Positions 1 through 9,015 of a stretch of DNA of 63,722 nucleotides are shown in pieces. The notes beneath the pieces were generated by a model. That model did no database searches, was not told the DNA's origin, and saw only the letters and a list, made by a program, of their open reading frames with translations. The stretch is from assembly GCA_937128475.1 (NCBI GenBank), contig CAKZML010000025.1, positions 1 through 63,722 on the forward strand, read 5' to 3'. This DNA is from an uncultured Chromatiales bacterium (GTDB lineage: Bacteria; Pseudomonadota; Gammaproteobacteria; Steroidobacterales; BM003). Numbering within the stretch: position 1 is the stretch's first letter; every line of letters begins with the position of its first letter. Made by a program: the position numbers and the translations under genes.

Positions 1-504
1 AACCGCCTTTCACTCTCCTCTCTTTCTCTCGCTGCTGCCGCAACCCTGGTCGCTATACCCATGGCTGTCCAGGCAGATGCTACCGGTTCTCTGAGCGTAT
101 CTGCCCAGGTCGCACCGGTTTGCGAGATTGTCACAACTGCACCGGTCGCCTTCGGAACGCTTGATCCGACAATCGATAACGATACCGCCGGTTCGGTAAC
201 CTGGCAGTGCACAACCGGCACCACCACCGAGATTCTGCTCAATGGTGGCGCTCAGGGTGCAACAGACGGAACTGCTCGCCAGATGTCTGACGGCGGAACA
301 AATTTCTTGCCATACCAGTTGTTCACGGACTTTGGGCGCACTAATGAATGGCTGAATACCTCCACCAACGGTGTTTCGGTGACCGGTGTGGGTTACCTGG
401 GTGGGGATACGGTAAGTGTGTACGGACGAGTTGCGCAGGCAGATGCTGCCGCAGCTGTTAATACGAGCTACACCGATACCGTCACCGTAACCATCATCTT
501 CTAG
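1..504 (+). CDS. Spore-coat-U (SCPU) domain pilin of a Csu/sigma-type chaperone-usher pilus; 5' end is off-window
   Basis: The frame is open from base 1 (NRLSLSSLSLAAAATLVAIPMAVQA looks like a signal peptide). The mature part has a Cys pair and a T/S/G-rich beta pattern ending TVTVTIIF. Chaperone and usher genes follow directly. Confidence 0.75.
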   Translation, partial: NRLSLSSLSLAAAATLVAIPMAVQADATGSLSVSAQVAPVCEIVTTAPVAFGTLDPTIDNDTAGSVTWQCTTGTTTEILLNGGAQGATDGTARQMSDGGTNFLPYQLFTDFGRTNEWLNTSTNGVSVTGVGYLGGDTVSVYGRVAQADAAAAVNTSYTDTVTVTIIF

Positions 505-505
505 G

Positions 506-1258
506 ATGATTTCGCAGAAACAATCCAGGGGAGCGGCTTTTGCCGCTCCCTGTTTGTTTTTGGCCCTGCTGTTGAGCAGCGGTTTCGCCAATGCTGCCGC
601 TGTGGATGTAAACCCTGTTCGGGTGGATTTGACTCGCACCGGGGTGTCAGCAGAGCTACGCATACGAAATGAAGACAGCACCCCTGTCTCCATGGATGTG
701 GTCGCGATGCAGTGGACGCAAAGCGACCTTGGAGAAGACCGACTCGTTGCTAGCGATGAGATCCTCGCTGTCCCACCAATTTTTACGGTTCAGCCTGGTG
801 AAGAGCAGATAGTGCGAGTGGCCATGCTGGGTAAAACGAATCCGGACGCGGAACGGACTTTCCGCTTGCTGATTACCGAGTTGGCGCCCCCTGAGGGAAC
901 CCAGGGCTCGGGCGTCACGATGCGCATGCAGATCAGCATGCCGGTATTTGTTGCGCCCCAGGCAGGCTCGGCAGCGCCAGATATTCAGGTGCAGTCGGTA
1001 CAAAGGACAGAGCAGGGAAGCTACGTGAGCTTGCGCAATGATGGCAACGGCCACGTGAAACTCCAGTCGGTTACGATTACCGGCAGCGCTGGGACGTTTC
1101 CAGGACAGGGGCAGAAACCCGCTGGCCAGGCCCGCTACATCCTTCCGGGCGCCACCGTTGGGATCATGATTCCCGGCGAGGTGGGCGTGCCCCAGCGTGT
1201 AGACATTACCTCCGACAGGGACGGGAGTTGGGGCCATGACGTGGTCTACTCCGAATAA
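506..1258 (+). CDS. Periplasmic pilus chaperone (PapD/CsuC-like)
   Basis: Signal peptide (LLSSGFANA/AAVD) and PapD-like strands (VNPVRVDL, RIRNEDSTPV, FRLLITELAPP). It starts 2 nt after the pilin stop. Confidence 0.8.
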   Translation: MISQKQSRGAAFAAPCLFLALLLSSGFANAAAVDVNPVRVDLTRTGVSAELRIRNEDSTPVSMDVVAMQWTQSDLGEDRLVASDEILAVPPIFTVQPGEEQIVRVAMLGKTNPDAERTFRLLITELAPPEGTQGSGVTMRMQISMPVFVAPQAGSAAPDIQVQSVQRTEQGSYVSLRNDGNGHVKLQSVTITGSAGTFPGQGQKPAGQARYILPGATVGIMIPGEVGVPQRVDITSDRDGSWGHDVVYSE

Positions 1259-3866
1259 GGGACTAAAAGCCCTGTTATTAATGGCGGCGCTTGGGTGCAG
1301 CCAGATAGCACACTGTGATGAGCCTTCCCAGGCTAATGCCCAGGCCAGCCTGGTCTCTGACGATTTGGCTGCCCTGGACGAAACTGCCAGCGTCTGGGCC
1401 AACAGGTTTGCCAACGGGACGGGCGATGCGGGGCTAAACACCGAATCTGCCAGCGATTCAGTATCCGTGCATTTTGGATCGTCGACGAGGCCGCGTGGAG
1501 GCCTCCCTGTCATTACGGACGAAGACGTTTCCCCGAAAGAAATAGCCGACGCAGCCAAGTCCCAAGGCGCTGAGGCAGCTCCCAGAGATGATCAGTTGTT
1601 GTTGCTGGACATGACCGTCAATGGCACCAATCGAGGATCGGTGCTGATGTTGGTGGATGCCAGCGGAGCGCTTTACGCTGAGGAAGCAACCCTGGCGGAG
1701 TGGGGAGTGGCCCGGCCATTTCCACCGGCAGTCAGTCATGCTGGCCGCAAGTTCCACGCTTTCGACGCCTTGCCCGGTGTGCTTACCCAGGTGAACACCC
1801 GGACCATGAGTGGATCTGCCCGAATTCCCCCCGAGTACCTGAACGGCATTACCCGTTCCATGTCCTGGAATTCCTACATTGAGCCCGATGCTGATATGGG
1901 CGCATTCCTGGATTACAGTCTTGGATACGCTGATGACCCGGGTCTTGCTGCCCGCCAGTTATCCGGACTTTTCAGTCCCACGGTTTTTACGCCCCGCGGG
2001 AACCTGTCCACTGAACTCCTGTATCGCGATCTGAACGGGCCTTTGGGGCAGGATAGTGAGCCTTTTACGAGGCTTGAGACCACCTGGACCAGCGACTTTC
2101 CTGGCAGCTTGAGCAGCCTTCGGGTTGGCGATGCCTTGACGCCTTCAAGCAGCTGGTCGCGCTCCTTGAGGTTCGGCGGCATTCAGCTGGCGACAAACTT
2201 CGCTACCCAGCCAAGCTTGATTACCTTTCCCCAGCCTTCCATATCCGGGAGCGCCGTCGTTCCGACAGCGCTGGATATATTTGTTAACGGCAGCCTGCGT
2301 TCCAGCCAGGACGTGCCGGACGGCACGTTTCGTATAGACGACATCCCGGTAGTTACCGGCGCCGGTCAGATACAGGTGGTGACGCGAGATTTGATGGGTC
2401 GCGAGCAACTTGTCGTCCAGGATTTCTATACCTCAAACAAACTGTTGCGGCCGGGGTTGTCGGATTATTCCGTGAGCATTGGTGCGCTCAGAGAGAACTA
2501 TGGGCTGAGGAGTAACGATTACTCCGACATGCTGGTTTCAGGCACGCTGAGACGAGGCCTGAGTGACAACTTCACCGTCGAGGGCCGCCTTGACGCCACC
2601 GGAGACGTGCAGGTTGCCAGCGGCGCCGCAACCTACAGCATGACGCGCCTTGGCGTTTTGTCTTCCGCCCTGGCTGTCAGCAACAAGCAGCGCACCGGCG
2701 CGCTGTGGCAGGTGGGGCATCAATACCAGGGACGGGAATTTCGCTTTGACCTGAGATTGCAGGGAACAAGCAAAGAGTTTACCCAGCCAGGTATTGATCT
2801 GCCCAACGCTTTCCCGCGTATACAGAGCCTGGTGTCCGCGGGTACCAGTGTTGGCGGTTATGGATCGCTTGGCATGTCGTTTATCGACGAGCGTTTTCAC
2901 AATCCCGACATGGATCGCAAGGTGGTTTCTCTGAACTATTCGAGAACCCTCCCCAGCGACTTGTCCTTGAATGTAAGCGGTAGCTATATCAAGCAGGACA
3001 ACAGTGAGATGCAGGCCAGCCTTGTGCTGATGAAGTATTTTGGCGGCCGCCGAAGCGCATCCACGAATATGCAGCGATCCGGCGGCTCTAATAGCTTGCG
3101 GGTTGAGTATCGTGAAGATGCGCCCACCGGTCCGGGATTCGGCTATCGTGCCGCCGCGTTCGCTGGCGAAAGTAACGAGTTTGAGGCGGAATCTACATGG
3201 AACACGAATTACAACCGACTCCAGGCGGAAGTGCGAAGTCGGGATGGAAAAACCGGCTTGCGCGCCCAGGCTGATGGTTCGGTTGCGTGGATGGGAGGCG
3301 ACGTCTATGCCAATCGCGAAATCAAGGACGGTTTCGCGGTGGTGGATACCGGCGGTTACGAAGGGGTCAGCATTTACCTTGAGAACAGGGAGATGGGCGT
3401 GACCGACAGCAATGGCAGGCTGATGATCCCCGGCTTGCTGCCTTACCAGGCGAATCGGATCAGTATGAATTCTGGAGATTTACCCCTTACCGCTGCGGTG
3501 AACACGACAAATGTAGCGGTGGCGCCCTATTATCGTTCGGGGTTACTGCTGGAGTTTGATGTCACGGACACCCGGGGAGCACTGTTGACCCTGAACTGGC
3601 CGGACGGGACCCCGGTGACGGAAGGCTCCGAGGCACAGGTTCTGGGTCGGGACGAGGTATTTCCTGTGGGCCGCAATGGCAGGCTCTATTTGCAGGGCGT
3701 GTCCCCCATGACCCAGGTGCTGGTCAGCAACAGCGACTGGCAATGCCGGCTAAATATTGATGTTCAACCGGGCATTAAGGGAGACGGGATTCCAAATCTG
3801 GGTGTCTTTGTGTGCGTAAAAGAAATTTACATACAACCGCTTGATAAAGTGGATAAGGCCGAATGA
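1236..3866 (+). CDS. Outer-membrane fimbrial usher (CsuD-like)
   Basis: 876 aa with a signal peptide, and the size and position typical of an usher. It overlaps the chaperone by 23 nt, and the start could be slightly downstream. Confidence 0.8.
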   Translation: MTWSTPNKGLKALLLMAALGCSQIAHCDEPSQANAQASLVSDDLAALDETASVWANRFANGTGDAGLNTESASDSVSVHFGSSTRPRGGLPVITDEDVSPKEIADAAKSQGAEAAPRDDQLLLLDMTVNGTNRGSVLMLVDASGALYAEEATLAEWGVARPFPPAVSHAGRKFHAFDALPGVLTQVNTRTMSGSARIPPEYLNGITRSMSWNSYIEPDADMGAFLDYSLGYADDPGLAARQLSGLFSPTVFTPRGNLSTELLYRDLNGPLGQDSEPFTRLETTWTSDFPGSLSSLRVGDALTPSSSWSRSLRFGGIQLATNFATQPSLITFPQPSISGSAVVPTALDIFVNGSLRSSQDVPDGTFRIDDIPVVTGAGQIQVVTRDLMGREQLVVQDFYTSNKLLRPGLSDYSVSIGALRENYGLRSNDYSDMLVSGTLRRGLSDNFTVEGRLDATGDVQVASGAATYSMTRLGVLSSALAVSNKQRTGALWQVGHQYQGREFRFDLRLQGTSKEFTQPGIDLPNAFPRIQSLVSAGTSVGGYGSLGMSFIDERFHNPDMDRKVVSLNYSRTLPSDLSLNVSGSYIKQDNSEMQASLVLMKYFGGRRSASTNMQRSGGSNSLRVEYREDAPTGPGFGYRAAAFAGESNEFEAESTWNTNYNRLQAEVRSRDGKTGLRAQADGSVAWMGGDVYANREIKDGFAVVDTGGYEGVSIYLENREMGVTDSNGRLMIPGLLPYQANRISMNSGDLPLTAAVNTTNVAVAPYYRSGLLLEFDVTDTRGALLTLNWPDGTPVTEGSEAQVLGRDEVFPVGRNGRLYLQGVSPMTQVLVSNSDWQCRLNIDVQPGIKGDGIPNLGVFVCVKEIYIQPLDKVDKAE

Positions 3867-3905
3867 CGCGTTGCTTAACTACCCAATGGTATTCTCTGTA
3901 ATCAC

Positions 3906-4400
3906 ATGATGACTAAATGGCGAACAACAGCAAAGGCAGCCAGGTCGCCGGGGGCGATCTGGAGCAGTATCTTTTTCTTGATGCTGCTTTCGCCTGTGGC
4001 TCAGGCGGCGACGTGTAGGTTTACCGTTCAGCCGGTGGATTTTGGTCTTTACAATCCCGGAGCTGCCGCCTCCCTGGACGTGACCGGAAGCGTGGATGTC
4101 CGCTGCACCGGGAACGCTGGATCATTTGTATTGACCATATCCCAAAGCAGCAGTGGCGGGTTTGCCCCACGTCGGATGGTCTCTGGTCCCTATCTCCTGG
4201 AATACAACTTGTATGCCGATCCGGCCCGGCAACTGATCTGGGGTGATGGAACGGGAGGCACTGTCGTGAATTCTGGTGAGAAAACCTCATCAGGCCGACC
4301 GGTATCATTTTCGTTTCCCATCTACGGGCGGATATTTCCCAGGCAAAGTGTGGGAGAGGGCTTGTATACCGATACGCTGCTGGTCACCTCTATCTACTAG
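3906..4400 (+). CDS. SCPU-domain protein in the terminal (CsuE-like tip/adhesin) position
   Basis: Signal peptide ending VAQA/ATCRF, a Cys pair (ATCRF...VRCTG) and an SCPU-like beta pattern. It is the last gene of the pilus operon. Confidence 0.7.
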   Translation: MMTKWRTTAKAARSPGAIWSSIFFLMLLSPVAQAATCRFTVQPVDFGLYNPGAAASLDVTGSVDVRCTGNAGSFVLTISQSSSGGFAPRRMVSGPYLLEYNLYADPARQLIWGDGTGGTVVNSGEKTSSGRPVSFSFPIYGRIFPRQSVGEGLYTDTLLVTSIY

Positions 4401-4604
4401 TCATCACTAAAATCCAGCTCCTGTGGACGTGACTGTCCGATCTATAGCAAAGAAATTTTTGCTCGAAATAGGAGCCTTTGAGCGCGATTTGTGATATTTC
4501 TCCCAAATCGGAAAATTCGACGTATTTGTTGGATTTTGTGGATTTAATAGACGAAAAACCGGCATCTCCAGAAAACCCGGTTTCCCGTTGAGTTTGGAAA
4601 AATT

Positions 4605-5168
4605 ATGACTGATGAAAAACTTTATACAACTCAACAAGTTGCCGATCTTGTGGGTGTCTCGAGCAGAACAATTCAATTATGGGCGGCCGCTGACGTCATC
4701 AAGGCCTGGAAGACCCCTGGCGGACATCGGAGGTTTCCTGAGGCGGAAGTGCAGCGCCTTCAGCGGGAATTGGGAAGCGAATCTTCCGGGGGCCGTCACA
4801 CCATCCTGGTGGTGGAGGACGAGCCGGATTTGCAGATGCTCTATCGCCTGAGTATTGAAAGCTGGAATTTGCCTGTGGACGTGGTAACGGCCCAGGACGG
4901 GTATGAAGGCTTGCTCCAAATAGGGCTGCACAAGCCCCAGGTTGTCATCCTGGACTTGATGATGCCCAAGACTGATGGCTTTCGAGTCCTGGAAGTACTG
5001 GGGTCCTCCGGTGAGTTGGAAGATTCCCTTGTTATGGCCGTGTCGGCGATGTCTGAAGAGGAAATCAGAGACAGGGGCGGGATACCTGCCTCAATCACCG
5101 TTTATCCCAAGCCAATTCCGTTTGGGGCCATTCGGGAGCGTGTCACGGAGCATTTGAGAGACTTGTAA
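4605..5168 (+). CDS. Response regulator with an N-terminal excisionase/MerR-type HTH and a C-terminal receiver domain
   Basis: YTTQQVADLVGVSSRTIQLWAAADVIKAWKTPGGHRRF is HTH_17-like. This is followed by ILVVEDEPD...VVILDLMMPKTDG, the receiver acidic pocket and phospho-Asp context. Confidence 0.75.
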   Translation: MTDEKLYTTQQVADLVGVSSRTIQLWAAADVIKAWKTPGGHRRFPEAEVQRLQRELGSESSGGRHTILVVEDEPDLQMLYRLSIESWNLPVDVVTAQDGYEGLLQIGLHKPQVVILDLMMPKTDGFRVLEVLGSSGELEDSLVMAVSAMSEEEIRDRGGIPASITVYPKPIPFGAIRERVTEHLRDL

Positions 5169-5326
5169 TAAAACCCGGGAACCCAGGCTCCCGCAGAGAT
5201 GGCTTTCTGCCTTTACCTCACTTGCTCCAGATCTGGATGATTGTTCAGAGACGACCCCTGGTGAAGCCACCTCAGTGAGCCTGTGGTTCTCCGAAAATCA
5301 AAAGACAGATTTCTTCTAGTCCGATT

Positions 5327-6727
5327 TCATCGCAAGCTCGGCTTCCAGGCACGTCGTCCAAACAGACTGGATGCTCCCCTGAGCATGTAGGTCAGTTTTG
5401 TCCCCAGGGTCAAGCGGCTTGCATAGACAGTCTCTCCCAGTGCGATCTCATCTTCGGTAGCCTCGCTATCCATGTCGAGCAATGCGGGGCCAATCAAACC
5501 GGCTGGGGCAACCTTGTGGCCGACTGCGCTTGAATTAGCCAGTGGCGGCCGCACGCCGACAAGGCAAAGATGCCCGGTGATGACCGGGAATAAACCTGGC
5601 AGGTTCCGCAAGACCGGAATGTTGGTATTCCATACCCAGCGGGTGAACGTGCCTGCGCCGTCGTCCCGGTTGCCAACCTGGCGGCTGCTCACCAGTGGCT
5701 GACTGGGGTGATTGATGAAGGCCAGGATTGCCGCGATCGGCCAAAGCGGGGCTGAAATCATCAGTAGAAAAACAGCCAATATGCGATCCCAGAAACTTGT
5801 CGCCGACGCTCCATCAGCAGGCTTTTGCATGGAGGTCAGGAGAAAATCGTCAGGAATCTCGGTGATGGTATCGATATCCACCCGTATTAACCGGTTCCCG
5901 GCAACGATGGCATTGCGTATTTCCACGTCCTTGCCAACGTATGTGCCAGGCATGACAACACAATTTTCCAGGCTGGCGCCCTCATCGACATAGGAGTGTT
6001 CAGCGATAACGACGCTCCCTTTAATCTCTACGCCCTTGCCAACTTGCGCGGCGAGACCGATGAATGCTTTACCGTTGTTTACCCGGGCCCCGTGATCCAC
6101 GCTCTGGCGGGCGGCGGTGATGCCCGTTTCACCGGTACGTCCAGGGAGCTTTGTGCCCTGTAAAGTTTCATCCATGGTAGCCATGTTGGCGGCATGAAAA
6201 TTCTTTAAAGACCTTAATGAGAATAAACCGATATCGCCAAGTTCGACGTCGTTTGGCCCGGACTCCAGTGCGCGCCAGTCGGCGCCGTGGCTCCACTTGC
6301 CTTGCACAAAACATATGCCCGCGTCCTGGCCGTTGATGGTGCCGGACACGCACTCACCGCCGGTTTCGACAGCCGCCTTCAGGAACTGGCTTACACAGCG
6401 TCCTCGCACAACGTCTCCGCGAATTATCAGAGCAGGTCCCTCATGATGGGCACGTCGAAGCGCACTTTCCGGACGCATTTCGCCCCTGGAAAGAAGGTGT
6501 TCGAGTTCCAGGCCCCAGCGACCACCCTTGCGGATTTTTTTCTCAAACAATTCCGTGTGGACCGATACAACCAGTGCTTGTTTGAAGCCGGCTTCGGCCA
6601 AATCTTCCAGGGTGTATTCGATTACCGAGCGGCCGGCGATCTCAAGCAGAGCAGGGCAGCTTGTCTGGTCCAGCGGCTCTAGCTCTTTTCCGAGTCGGTC
6701 GGCGAGAACGATAACTTTAATATCCAT
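5327..6727 (-). CDS. Three-part protein: nucleotidyltransferase-like N-terminus, left-handed beta-helix repeats, then a TM segment plus a degenerate bacterial-sugar-transferase (PGT)-like C-terminus
   Basis: The N-terminus (VLADRLGKELEPLD..PALLEIAGRSVIEYTLEDLAEAG) resembles sugar-1-P nucleotidyltransferases but lacks the GxGxR loop. Hexapeptide-like repeats occur at VGKGVEIKGSVVIAEHSYVDEGASLENCVVMPGTYVGKDVEIRNAIV. The C-terminus (DRILAVFLLMISAPLWPIAAIL...LCLVGVRPP) is PGT-like but has no DE dyad. Confidence 0.6.
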   Translation of the reverse strand: MDIKVIVLADRLGKELEPLDQTSCPALLEIAGRSVIEYTLEDLAEAGFKQALVVSVHTELFEKKIRKGGRWGLELEHLLSRGEMRPESALRRAHHEGPALIIRGDVVRGRCVSQFLKAAVETGGECVSGTINGQDAGICFVQGKWSHGADWRALESGPNDVELGDIGLFSLRSLKNFHAANMATMDETLQGTKLPGRTGETGITAARQSVDHGARVNNGKAFIGLAAQVGKGVEIKGSVVIAEHSYVDEGASLENCVVMPGTYVGKDVEIRNAIVAGNRLIRVDIDTITEIPDDFLLTSMQKPADGASATSFWDRILAVFLLMISAPLWPIAAILAFINHPSQPLVSSRQVGNRDDGAGTFTRWVWNTNIPVLRNLPGLFPVITGHLCLVGVRPPLANSSAVGHKVAPAGLIGPALLDMDSEATEDEIALGETVYASRLTLGTKLTYMLRGASSLFGRRAWKPSLR

Positions 6728-6741
6728 GACAGATGGAGCTC

Positions 6742-8784
6742 CTAGTAAGCGCCCGTGCCCTTAAAAACGGCGGGCAGGGTTTTGAGCAATAATTTGATGT
6801 CAGTCCACACGGACTGGGTATGCATGTAATCCACGTCCAGTTCGACTTGCTGGTCGAAGGGTATGGTTGAGCGTCCGGAGACCTGCCAGATACAGGTAAT
6901 ACCAGGTTTGACATGCAGTCTTCTGCGGTCACTGAGTGAGTATTCCGCCACTTCAGAAGGCACAGGCGGGCGCGGCCCGACCAGTGACATGTCGCCGTTC
7001 AGGACGTTCCACAACTGGGGCAGTTCATCAATTGATGCGCGACGGATGAATTTTCCGATACGGGTGATCCTGGGGTCGTCTTTCATCTTGAATATCACGC
7101 CGCCCTGCATCTCGTTCTGTGCCATCAAGGCTGCCTTTCGGGCTTCCGCATCCTGGTACATGGAGCGAAACTTCCACATCTTGAAGGGCTCTCCGCCGGC
7201 GCCAATGCGGGTCTGATTGAAGAAAATTCCCCCGGGTGATTCCAGCTTGATTGCCAGGCACAACAACAGCAGGAACGGAGAGAGCAACAAGATGGCCACT
7301 GCGGCAGCCATGAAGTCCATGGTTCGCTTGATGGCCGCTCCGGTCGCGTAAAACACCCGGCGAAAGATTCTCTTGGCTGCGGCCGAAACCTTTCGTCCGG
7401 CGCGATTTCTTTCCAGGGCTGACTGGACGATCTCAGGGGTAAGCAGGTCAGGATCGTTGTAGCGATAGGCACGATAAAGGAACAAGGGATTGCCCACCAC
7501 ATATCGTTTCCATAAACGACGTGGCTCCATGGCGATGCGCCACACCCACTCCATGCCAATCTCTCGTACCCATTGGGGGGCCCGCCGGACACGTCCCGAG
7601 TAATAGTCGAACAGACCGCCCACGCCCATGCGCAGTGGCGGGTTCAGTTCGCCTGCATGTCGGGCCAGCCAGCGCTCCTGGTGAGGGGCGCCCATGGCGA
7701 CACAAAGAATGTCTGCGCCGGAATTGTTTATGTCGCTGATGATGTCGCTGCTTTGCTCTTCGTTGAAATACCCGTGATGAGTGCCTGCGATGACCAGGCC
7801 TGGATAACGGGCGACCATCGCCTCGGCCGCTGCCTGGGCAATTTCAGGCCTCGCGCCCAGCAAATAAATGGAGGTTCCGTTTTCGGCAGCACGCTGGCAC
7901 AGCCGTGGGAACATATCGGTGCCGTTGAGGTTGGCCCGCAGTCGCAGTTTCTTCATGCGGCAGGCAACGTGAATGCCTATGCCGTCAGGAAGCACCCTAT
8001 CCGACTGCTGAAGAATTTCCCTGTAGTCGGCGTGGATGAAGGCCAGGTTCAAGCAGTCCGCATTCACGAAAGACATCGTGGCTGGACGATCACCCCTGGC
8101 TCGTTGGAACACCCAGTCCAGGGCCTCGTCCATTTCGGTATTGCGAAGGGTCAGGCCCAGCAGTTTGAAATTGTCGGGGCTGACGTAATTCGAATTGCTG
8201 GCAAACAGTCCGCTCAAGACAGAGCGGATCGTCAGCGTCAGGCCCGAGCTCGCGCTGGACTGGTGAACGTAGTCCCGATCGATTTCTGTTTCTGATTCGT
8301 AGGCCAGGTTGAGTTTCTTTCGCAAACTGTAAGCAGAGAACAGACCGGGCTTCACCGACAGCAGTACCGGGTCAACTCCGGTGTTGCGGGCTTCTCGAGC
8401 GGAGAGTGCCCGGGGGCCGGCCAGGCTGACAGAGCCGCCAATCAGATTAAACAGGCTCGCCAGTCGTCGCCCGTAAAAATCTCCGGCGAACATAAACAGG
8501 GTGAAGGGTTCCCCCTGAATTCCCAGGCGGTCAGCCCGGCTGAAAATACGACCTGTCTGGAATGCCGCGATGACTCCACGCACCAGCATGAAAGGCCAGG
8601 TAACCGCCAGCAGAGCCAAGCCGACCAATAGGTCCAGTCCGCGGCTCAACACGACCTGCAGGCCGGGTTTCATGCGATTGTAGCGGCGACGAATCCGGTC
8701 CTTCAGAGAACGGTCGCGCAGGGGCAGCCGTTGCTCATCTATCTGTTTCGTCTGATTCTGAGATGTTTTTTTCATCTTGGTCAT
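6742..8784 (-). CDS. Fusion of a degenerate PGT-like module, a WecB/TagA/CpsF-family glycosyltransferase and an intact polyprenyl-phosphate sugar phosphotransferase (priming enzyme)
   Basis: The C-terminus has the full Bac_transf motifs (FKMWKFRSM, DPRIT, IDELPQLWNVLNGDMSLVGPRPP, WQVSGRS). The middle has the WecB/TagA pattern (VNADCLN...LPDGIGI...YLLGA...GVGGLFDY). The start is set at the ATG at 8784 (MTKMKK) because a sigma-54 promoter motif lies inside the longer ORF call that runs to 8961. Confidence 0.8.
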   Translation of the reverse strand: MTKMKKTSQNQTKQIDEQRLPLRDRSLKDRIRRRYNRMKPGLQVVLSRGLDLLVGLALLAVTWPFMLVRGVIAAFQTGRIFSRADRLGIQGEPFTLFMFAGDFYGRRLASLFNLIGGSVSLAGPRALSAREARNTGVDPVLLSVKPGLFSAYSLRKKLNLAYESETEIDRDYVHQSSASSGLTLTIRSVLSGLFASNSNYVSPDNFKLLGLTLRNTEMDEALDWVFQRARGDRPATMSFVNADCLNLAFIHADYREILQQSDRVLPDGIGIHVACRMKKLRLRANLNGTDMFPRLCQRAAENGTSIYLLGARPEIAQAAAEAMVARYPGLVIAGTHHGYFNEEQSSDIISDINNSGADILCVAMGAPHQERWLARHAGELNPPLRMGVGGLFDYYSGRVRRAPQWVREIGMEWVWRIAMEPRRLWKRYVVGNPLFLYRAYRYNDPDLLTPEIVQSALERNRAGRKVSAAAKRIFRRVFYATGAAIKRTMDFMAAAVAILLLSPFLLLLCLAIKLESPGGIFFNQTRIGAGGEPFKMWKFRSMYQDAEARKAALMAQNEMQGGVIFKMKDDPRITRIGKFIRRASIDELPQLWNVLNGDMSLVGPRPPVPSEVAEYSLSDRRRLHVKPGITCIWQVSGRSTIPFDQQVELDVDYMHTQSVWTDIKLLLKTLPAVFKGTGAY

Positions 8785-8829
8785 GGCCGGGTCTTGGGAT
8801 TCCACAGTGCTGTTTCCTGTGCTTAGTAC

Positions 8830-8845
8830 AGCAAGACCCGTGCCA
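8830..8845 (-). promoter_or_regulatory. Sigma-54 -24/-12 promoter motif
   Basis: The minus strand reads TGGCAC-GGGTC-TTGCT with GG-N10-GC spacing, about 45 nt upstream of the ATG at 8784. Confidence 0.75.
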
Positions 8846-8975
8846 GCTTCGGAAATCGGCGTGAATGTGGTTTTTCCCCGCAGGATGGCAACGCTGGCGG
8901 CAAAGTGATTTGCATTCTGCGTCTGGGACGCGGGAAACTCCCGGGAACCTCGGAATTCCACAGATTTCCCTATTT

Positions 8976-8991
8976 TGGCACAGAACTTGAT
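8976..8991 (+). promoter_or_regulatory. Sigma-54-like motif with an imperfect -12 element
   Basis: TGGCAC-AGAAC-TTGAT has correct spacing, but -12 is GA rather than GC. It lies about 25 nt upstream of the ATG at 9016. Confidence 0.3.
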
Positions 8992-9015
8992 AGTGGAGGT
9001 ACAGGTAAGGAGTTT

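Noticed and set aside
656-1558. 300-aa ORF antisense to the chaperone and usher genes
   Set aside because: It is a shadow ORF on the strand opposite confidently assigned genes. Its composition is Arg/Ala/Gly-rich and low in complexity, as is typical of GC-rich antisense frames.
5173-5192. Short CGGGA...TCCCG hairpin after the HTH-receiver gene
   Set aside because: It has a 5-bp stem and no U-tract, too weak to call a terminator.
7573-8295. 240-aa + strand ORF inside the GT26/PGT fusion gene (similar cases: 25840-26505, 40944-41639, 41862-42593)
   Set aside because: All lie antisense to or out of frame with genes carrying clear family motifs. None has a recognisable motif or ribosome-binding site.
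8785-8961. N-terminal 59-codon extension of the GT26/PGT fusion ORF
   Set aside because: The sigma-54 motif at 8830-8845 lies inside it, and the extension has no membrane or domain features. The ATG at 8784 (MTKMKK) is the more plausible start.
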